The notes under the pieces are model-generated. The model was not told the origin of the DNA, did no database searches, and saw only the letters and a program-made list of their open reading frames with translations. DNA of 64,000 nucleotides from positions 669 through 64,668 of the forward strand of contig CAIOTD010000169.1 of NCBI GenBank assembly GCA_903861115.1, given 5' to 3'. Origin of the DNA: an uncultured Burkholderiales bacterium. GTDB lineage: Bacteria; Pseudomonadota; Gammaproteobacteria; Burkholderiales; Burkholderiaceae_C. A program made the translations under genes and the position numbers. Positions within the stretch are counted from its first letter, which is position 1, and every line of letters begins with the position of its first letter. This document shows positions 58,978 through 64,000 of the stretch, piece by piece.

Positions 58978-59895
58978 ATGACAGGCATATTGATCCTAGA
59001 GCAGGCCTTGAATGGCCTGCAATTTGGCCTGATGCTGTTTTTACTCGCATCAGGCTTGACCTTGGTCTTTGGCATCATGGACATGATCAACTTGGCCCAT
59101 GGTGCGCTTTATATGATTGGCGCCTTTTTGACGGCGTGGCTTGTTCAGCTCACCCAGTCGTTTTTTCTGAGTGTCTTTCTTGCGGTCATCCTGACCTCTA
59201 TTTTTGGCATGCTATTGGAAAAGACTTTGCTTAAAAGCTTGTACGCGCGGGACCACATGTCTCAGGTGTTGGCAACTTTTGCCTTGATCTTGATTTTGAA
59301 TGAATCGGTCAAAATGATTTGGGGCACTGACTTGCCCTTGTCCTCACCCGATTATTTATCTGGACCTGTAGAGATCATTCCCGGACTGATGTACTCAAGT
59401 TACCGATTGGTGATCATCGCCACGGGCCTGGTGATCGCACTCTTTCTCTACCTGATCGTCACACGCACAAAAATGGGTGCGTGGGTGAGAGCTGGTGCAT
59501 CCAATCGCGAGATGGCACTGGCCATGGGAATCAACATTGACGTCCTCTTTACAGCTGTTTTTGGACTTGGTGCTGCGCTTTGCGCAGTGGCTGGCGCCAT
59601 GCTTGGCCCCCTTTTGGCGGTTCAAGTGGGCATGGGAGAGAATATTCTCATCTTGGCCTTTGTGGTCATCGTGATTGGTGGCATTGGTTCTGTTTGGGGG
59701 GCCTTTGTTGGCTCCCTTTTGGTGGGCTGTGTAGACACCATGGGACGAAGCCTGCTGCCCTTTCTGTTTAGAGAGTTTTTACCTCCACAGTGGGCCGGCG
59801 CTGCAGGTCCTGCAGTGGCTTCAATTTTGGTCTACGTCTTGATGGCTGGCGTTTTGTTCATCCGCCCTCAGGGACTTTTTAATCAAAGAACGTAG
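58978..59895 (+). CDS. Branched-chain-amino-acid-type ABC transporter permease (LivH family)
   Basis: 305 aa, polytopic. N-terminus LEQALNGLQFGLMLFLLASGLTLVFGIMDMINLAHGALYMIGAF is typical of LivH. Confidence 0.9.
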   Translation: MTGILILEQALNGLQFGLMLFLLASGLTLVFGIMDMINLAHGALYMIGAFLTAWLVQLTQSFFLSVFLAVILTSIFGMLLEKTLLKSLYARDHMSQVLATFALILILNESVKMIWGTDLPLSSPDYLSGPVEIIPGLMYSSYRLVIIATGLVIALFLYLIVTRTKMGAWVRAGASNREMALAMGINIDVLFTAVFGLGAALCAVAGAMLGPLLAVQVGMGENILILAFVVIVIGGIGSVWGAFVGSLLVGCVDTMGRSLLPFLFREFLPPQWAGAAGPAVASILVYVLMAGVLFIRPQGLFNQRT

Positions 59896-59939
59896 CGTCC
59901 CATGCTTGACCGTTGCCTTAACCCTTGAAGCTGCACAAG

Positions 59940-60959
59940 ATGTCCACCCTTTCTCATCAGGCACCTCAAAACGCGCCCCCCTTGACCCAGACTTTGGGGG
60001 TGTTTGTTATTTTGGTGCTTGCATTGTTCATGCCCTATCTGCTGGACAAACTCGGGCTAGATTATTACTTGGGAAGTCTCACCAAGATGATGATTTATGG
60101 CATTGCCGCGTGCAGCTTGAATTTGATCCTGGGCTACGCCGGCTTGGTCTCCTTTGGGCATGCCGCTTACGTAGGCGTTGGTGCCTATGCAGTGGGGATT
60201 TTGATCAGTCAAGGACACGTCAATGCCTGGATAGATATTTCATTCGCGGTTTTGCTGTGTGCCTTTTTTGCTTTTTTGATGGGCTTTATTTGCCTAAGGA
60301 CCCGGGGCGTTTACTTCATCATGATCACCTTGGCCTTTGCGCAAATGCTCTACTACCTGAGCAACTCCATCAAAGCATTTGGCGGGGATGAGGGCCTGAG
60401 CATCAAAAGTCGTTTGGATTTTGGCATTCAGCTCAGTTCAAAAAGCGATGTCCATTTGTATTTTGTGGTGCTGGCCTTTCTTGTCTTGAGTTTGTTTCTC
60501 ATTCACCGCATCATGAACTCAAAATTTGGACAAGTGATCAAAGCCATCAAAGACGATGATGTGCGGGTGGACTCGATTGGGATTCATGCCTTCAAGTACA
60601 AGCTTGCAATCTTTGTGATTGCAGGTGCACTGGGTGGATTGGCGGGCGCCTTGATGGTGAACCAACAAAAGTACGTCAGCCCCAATTTGCTGCACTGGAC
60701 CCAATCGGGCACACTCATGGTGATGGTCATTTTAGGCGGTGTCGGCACATTGTCAGGCGGCTTGTGGGGAGCCTTGTTGCTCTTAACGCTAGAGAGCGTG
60801 ATCTCCGAATACACCCTTCACTGGCAGTTTTATGTGGGCTGGATTCTTTTGGCCGTGATCTTGCTGGCACCTAAAGGTTTGGCTTCATTGTCGGCTCTAT
60901 GGAGCGCTCGCTTGAAACATTCGGACCAAGCGCCTCAAGTGGAGGCCATCAAGCCATGA
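59940..60959 (+). CDS. Branched-chain-amino-acid-type ABC transporter permease (LivM family)
   Basis: The track ORF starts at TTG 59925, with the first ATG at 59940. Has the LivM-type core NLILGYAGLVSFGHAAYVGVGAY. Confidence 0.9.
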   Translation: MSTLSHQAPQNAPPLTQTLGVFVILVLALFMPYLLDKLGLDYYLGSLTKMMIYGIAACSLNLILGYAGLVSFGHAAYVGVGAYAVGILISQGHVNAWIDISFAVLLCAFFAFLMGFICLRTRGVYFIMITLAFAQMLYYLSNSIKAFGGDEGLSIKSRLDFGIQLSSKSDVHLYFVVLAFLVLSLFLIHRIMNSKFGQVIKAIKDDDVRVDSIGIHAFKYKLAIFVIAGALGGLAGALMVNQQKYVSPNLLHWTQSGTLMVMVILGGVGTLSGGLWGALLLLTLESVISEYTLHWQFYVGWILLAVILLAPKGLASLSALWSARLKHSDQAPQVEAIKP

Positions 60960-61711
60960 GCAGCGCTCCTCTCTTTGAAGCTCGCCATCTCATCAAACGC
61001 TATGGACAATTGGTGGCAACACAAGACGTGAGCCTCAGTGTCAAAGCGAATGAAATCCATGCTCTCATTGGCCCCAATGGCGCTGGCAAGACCACATTGG
61101 TTGGACAACTTTCGGGACAAATAGCATCCGACTCCGGAGAGGTTTTCTTCAAAGGTGAAAATATCACGGCGCAGCGCATTGATGAGCGGGTCAAAAAAGG
61201 GGTTGTGCGCTCTTACCAGATCACTCGGCTCTTTAAGTCCTTTTCCTGCTTGGACAATGTGGCCTTGTCGGTTCAAGCACGACAAGGCAGCAGTTTTTCT
61301 TTTTGGAGCAAGATTAAAAAGGATCTGCGACTCAGGGATGAAGCGCAAGACATTTTGCATCTGATTGGCTTGTCCGATAAAAGCCATGTGTTGGCCGCTG
61401 ATCTCTCGCACGCTGAGCAGCGTATTTTGGAGCTGGGCGTTGCCTATGCCACTCACCCCCAATTGCTTTTGTTGGACGAACCCATGGCAGGTACTGGCCC
61501 TCAAGAGTCCGAGTTGATCATCTCTTTGATTGAAAAATTAAGGCAAAGCGCCTCTATATTTTTAATTGAGCACGACATGGACACGGTTTTTAGATTGGCT
61601 GATCGAATTTCAGTGTTGGTCAATGGCGCTTTGATTTCGACGGGCACCCCTGAAGAAATTCGCTCAGACCCTCAGGTCAAGGCTGCGTACCTTGGGGATG
61701 AACACGCATGA
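60956..61711 (+). CDS. ABC transporter ATP-binding protein (LivG family)
   Basis: ATG 60956 overlaps the livM-like stop (ATGA), so the track extension back to 60899 is unlikely. Walker A GPNGAGKTT, and Walker B LLLLDEP. Confidence 0.9.
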   Translation: MSSAPLFEARHLIKRYGQLVATQDVSLSVKANEIHALIGPNGAGKTTLVGQLSGQIASDSGEVFFKGENITAQRIDERVKKGVVRSYQITRLFKSFSCLDNVALSVQARQGSSFSFWSKIKKDLRLRDEAQDILHLIGLSDKSHVLAADLSHAEQRILELGVAYATHPQLLLLDEPMAGTGPQESELIISLIEKLRQSASIFLIEHDMDTVFRLADRISVLVNGALISTGTPEEIRSDPQVKAAYLGDEHA

Positions 61712-62421
61712 GCACCCCCCTTCTTCAAGCAACAGGCGTCCAATCTTTTTACGGTCAAAGCCAAGTTATTTTTGGCATCGACTTGCACATCAATCCGGGT
61801 GAAACCATCGGCTTGCTGGGTCGAAATGGCATGGGCAAGACCACCCTGATCAAGAGTTTGTTGGGTCTCAAAAGCATCCAATCGGGCAAAATCAATTTCA
61901 ACGGACAGGGCATCAATGGACTCAGTCCAGATAAGATTGCAAGACTTGGATTGGCTGTGGTACCAGAGGGGCGACAAGTCTTTCCAAACTTAACAGTGCT
62001 TGAACATCTCACAGCTTTCACCGCCAAAAGAAACGAGGCACACATCCAATGGGATGCTCAAAGTGTTTTCGAATTGTTTCCAAGGCTCAAGGAGCGACAG
62101 AGCAATTTGGGCTCACAACTGTCTGGTGGTGAACAGCAAATGCTTGCCATTGGCCGTGCACTGGTGACCAACCCCAAGTTACTGATTTTGGATGAAGCGA
62201 CAGAAGGCTTGGCCCCATTGATCCGTGAAGAAATTTGGTCATGCCTAAAATTATTAAGACAAAGAGGTCAAAGTCTCATCGTGGTGGATAAATATGTCAA
62301 CCGTTTGGTAGAGATTGCCGATCGCCACGTAATTCTAGAGCGAGGCCAAGTGGCTTGGTCGGGCTCCTCTTCAGAGCTATCGGCCAATACGAGTCTATGG
62401 AGCAGATACTTAGGGGTTTAG
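61708..62421 (+). CDS. ABC transporter ATP-binding protein (LivF family)
   Basis: 237 aa. Walker A GRNGMGKTT, signature LSGGEQQ, Walker B LLILDEA. ATGA overlap with the upstream gene. Confidence 0.9.
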   Translation: MSTPLLQATGVQSFYGQSQVIFGIDLHINPGETIGLLGRNGMGKTTLIKSLLGLKSIQSGKINFNGQGINGLSPDKIARLGLAVVPEGRQVFPNLTVLEHLTAFTAKRNEAHIQWDAQSVFELFPRLKERQSNLGSQLSGGEQQMLAIGRALVTNPKLLILDEATEGLAPLIREEIWSCLKLLRQRGQSLIVVDKYVNRLVEIADRHVILERGQVAWSGSSSELSANTSLWSRYLGV

Positions 62422-62508
62422 ATTCGCACGTTCAGGCCTGACGGGCTTGAATGTTGCCCCCAAATTTTTGAAGCATCGGGGTTGGACTCTAGCTCCTCTG
62501 CCGTTTAG

Positions 62509-63414
62509 TTAATCAAAATTTTCTCTGGCAATGCGCCTTAATTTTTCGATCAACACGCGGCCCGTCGGACTGATAGAACCCTTCTTGCGTCTGCTCAAGC
62601 CCACGCGTCGCGTCCAAGCGGCCGCTGGGATTTTCAACTCCACAAGTTGTCCCGCCTTCTCCTCCCAATAGATCAACTCCTTTGGAATAAAGGTGAGTGC
62701 ATTGCTTTGCATGACCCATGACTTCATCAAGGCGGTTGAAGTGGTCTCAACCACAGCTTGAGGAGGATTGAATTCTTGACGGATAAAAAAATCGTCAAAA
62801 GCGGCGCGCTCCATCTCCCCTTTCCTTGGCAAGATCCAAGGGTAAGACATGAGCATCTGAGCACTGATGACTTTTTCATGGATCAATGGATGTTGCGCAC
62901 CACAAACCACACTTGCTGTTTCTGTGAACAAGGTCTCTTGAACCAAATCAGGGTGTATGAGCTGAGTCGGGATGGACGATAGGGTGAAGTCGAGCTCGCC
63001 ATTTTTAAGCATGGGCATGAGGGACTCATTCAAACCATAGAGAACGGTGCATTTCAAATGGGGATGCTCCAGTGCAAAGTCATTCAAGGCCAAGGGCAAA
63101 AGTCGATTGGCTTCCGTTGGGCCGCAGCCAAGCAGCACATGGCCTGTTTGAGCACCCTTTAAGGCTTCAATTTCCTCTTTGGCGTTTCGCATCTCCGCTT
63201 CAATGACTTGGGCATGGTGCATGAGTGCTCCCCCGTACGAGGTGGGCACCACACCAAAACGTCCCCTTTCAAGCAATTGCACGCCAAGATCTTTCTCTAA
63301 AGCTTTGATGCCCTTGGACAAGGCCGGTTGCGACAAACCCAGCTCCTCGGCGGCCACGGTCATGTTGGCGTGCCTAGCCGCCGCCAAAAAAAGTTCAATT
63401 TTTTTATAATCCAT
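62509..63414 (-). CDS. LysR-family transcriptional regulator
   Basis: ATG 63414 (MDYKKIELFLAAARHANMTVAAEELGLSQPALSKGIKALEKDLG) gives an N-terminal wHTH followed by a LysR substrate-binding domain. The track starts 6 nt earlier at a TTG. Confidence 0.9.
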   Translation of the reverse strand: MDYKKIELFLAAARHANMTVAAEELGLSQPALSKGIKALEKDLGVQLLERGRFGVVPTSYGGALMHHAQVIEAEMRNAKEEIEALKGAQTGHVLLGCGPTEANRLLPLALNDFALEHPHLKCTVLYGLNESLMPMLKNGELDFTLSSIPTQLIHPDLVQETLFTETASVVCGAQHPLIHEKVISAQMLMSYPWILPRKGEMERAAFDDFFIRQEFNPPQAVVETTSTALMKSWVMQSNALTFIPKELIYWEEKAGQLVELKIPAAAWTRRVGLSRRKKGSISPTGRVLIEKLRRIARENFD

Positions 63415-63603
63415 AACCAAAAGTAATTGAAATAGTTATCCAAGTTCTTGATGTTTTGTATAGCGAATAGTACATTACAAATCTTAAATTCCGGAAAAAA
63501 TTGAATTTTGAATTTTTCTCATGAAAATTTGACATGATTCTTTTTTCCCCAGAATTGCTTCGCACCCTCAACACATCTTCATGCCCATGCAACAGGAGAC
63601 AGC

Positions 63604-64000
63604 ATGCAAACACTTGGACTAGACCAACTCGTACAACCTGACCGGGTCCACAAAAGCGTCTACACCGACCAGCATCTTTTTGATCTCGAGATGGAACACA
63701 TCTTTGAGTCGGCCTGGGTGTATTGTGGCCACGAGTCACAAGTCAAAAACACCGGTGACTACTTCACATTTGACATTGGCCGTCAACCCATGATCATGGT
63801 GAGAGACAAAACGGGCGGCATCAATGTGCTCTACAACCGCTGCCCACACCGCGGCGTTGAGTTGTGCGGCAATCAAAGTGGCAACACAGGCAACGCATTT
63901 GTCTGTTCATACCACGCGTGGACCTTCCATTTGGACGGAAAAGTCAGAGCCATCCCTTTGATGAAGGGCTATGAAGGCACCAAATTCACAGCCGACGATC
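63604..64000 (+). CDS. Rieske non-haem-iron aromatic-ring-hydroxylating oxygenase alpha subunit, N-terminal 132 codons (continues beyond right edge)
   Basis: Absent from the ORF track because the frame stays open to the window end. My own translation from ATG 63604 (aggagac RBS upstream) is MQTLGLDQLVQPDRVHKSVYTDQHLFDLEMEHIFESAWVYCGHES...YNRCPHRGVELCG...FVCSYHAWTF. This contains the Rieske CxH...CxxH motif. Confidence 0.85.
   Translation, partial: MQTLGLDQLVQPDRVHKSVYTDQHLFDLEMEHIFESAWVYCGHESQVKNTGDYFTFDIGRQPMIMVRDKTGGINVLYNRCPHRGVELCGNQSGNTGNAFVCSYHAWTFHLDGKVRAIPLMKGYEGTKFTADD

Noticed and set aside
63413-63447. ATAAC-N17-GTTAT dyad considered as a LysR box
   Set aside because: It overlaps the LysR start codon instead of lying in the promoter, and its spacing does not fit the usual T-N11-A core. 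I did not annotate it as a feature.

Overview
This is a 64-kb chromosomal segment that looks betaproteobacterial (Burkholderiales-like). G+C is roughly 50% by eye, not computed. I call about 63 protein-coding genes. I saw no rRNA, tRNA, CRISPR array, transposase, integrase or phage genes, so it reads as a metabolic and transport neighbourhood, not a mobile island.

Main content:
- Six orphan Bug/TctC-family periplasmic binding proteins, including one tandem paralogue pair. No TctA/TctB partner is present in the window.
- Two divergent Kup K+ transporters.
- Four predicted secreted alpha/beta hydrolases.
- A Tat-exported FAD flavoprotein.
- A translationally coupled ThDP-enzyme / quinone-oxidoreductase / FAH operon.
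- Housekeeping genes: tal, upp, a pal-like lipoprotein, arsC, and an RNB ribonuclease fragment at the left edge.

The right third (42-64 kb) is an aromatic/amino-acid catabolic neighbourhood:
- A TRAP transporter lies divergent from a 7-gene CoA-dependent aromatic-acid operon. The operon encodes a fused aryl-CoA monooxygenase/reductase, an SDR, MarR, an acyl-CoA dehydrogenase, an aryl-CoA ligase, a thioesterase and RidA.
- A 29-bp near-perfect palindrome sits on that operon's putative -35 box.
- iorAB follows, then a Liv-type ABC transporter, then a LysR regulator divergent from a Rieske oxygenase that is cut by the right edge.

I found no canonical defence or secretion system. The items most likely to be new:
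1. A 515-aa hydrophilic protein made of about 28 copies of a 12-residue repeat, containing a perfect 72-bp in-frame tandem duplication.
2. The aryl-CoA operon with its operator.
3. The secreted esterase + Bug binding-protein pairs.

All functional calls rest on motifs I could read in the translations. No database search was run.
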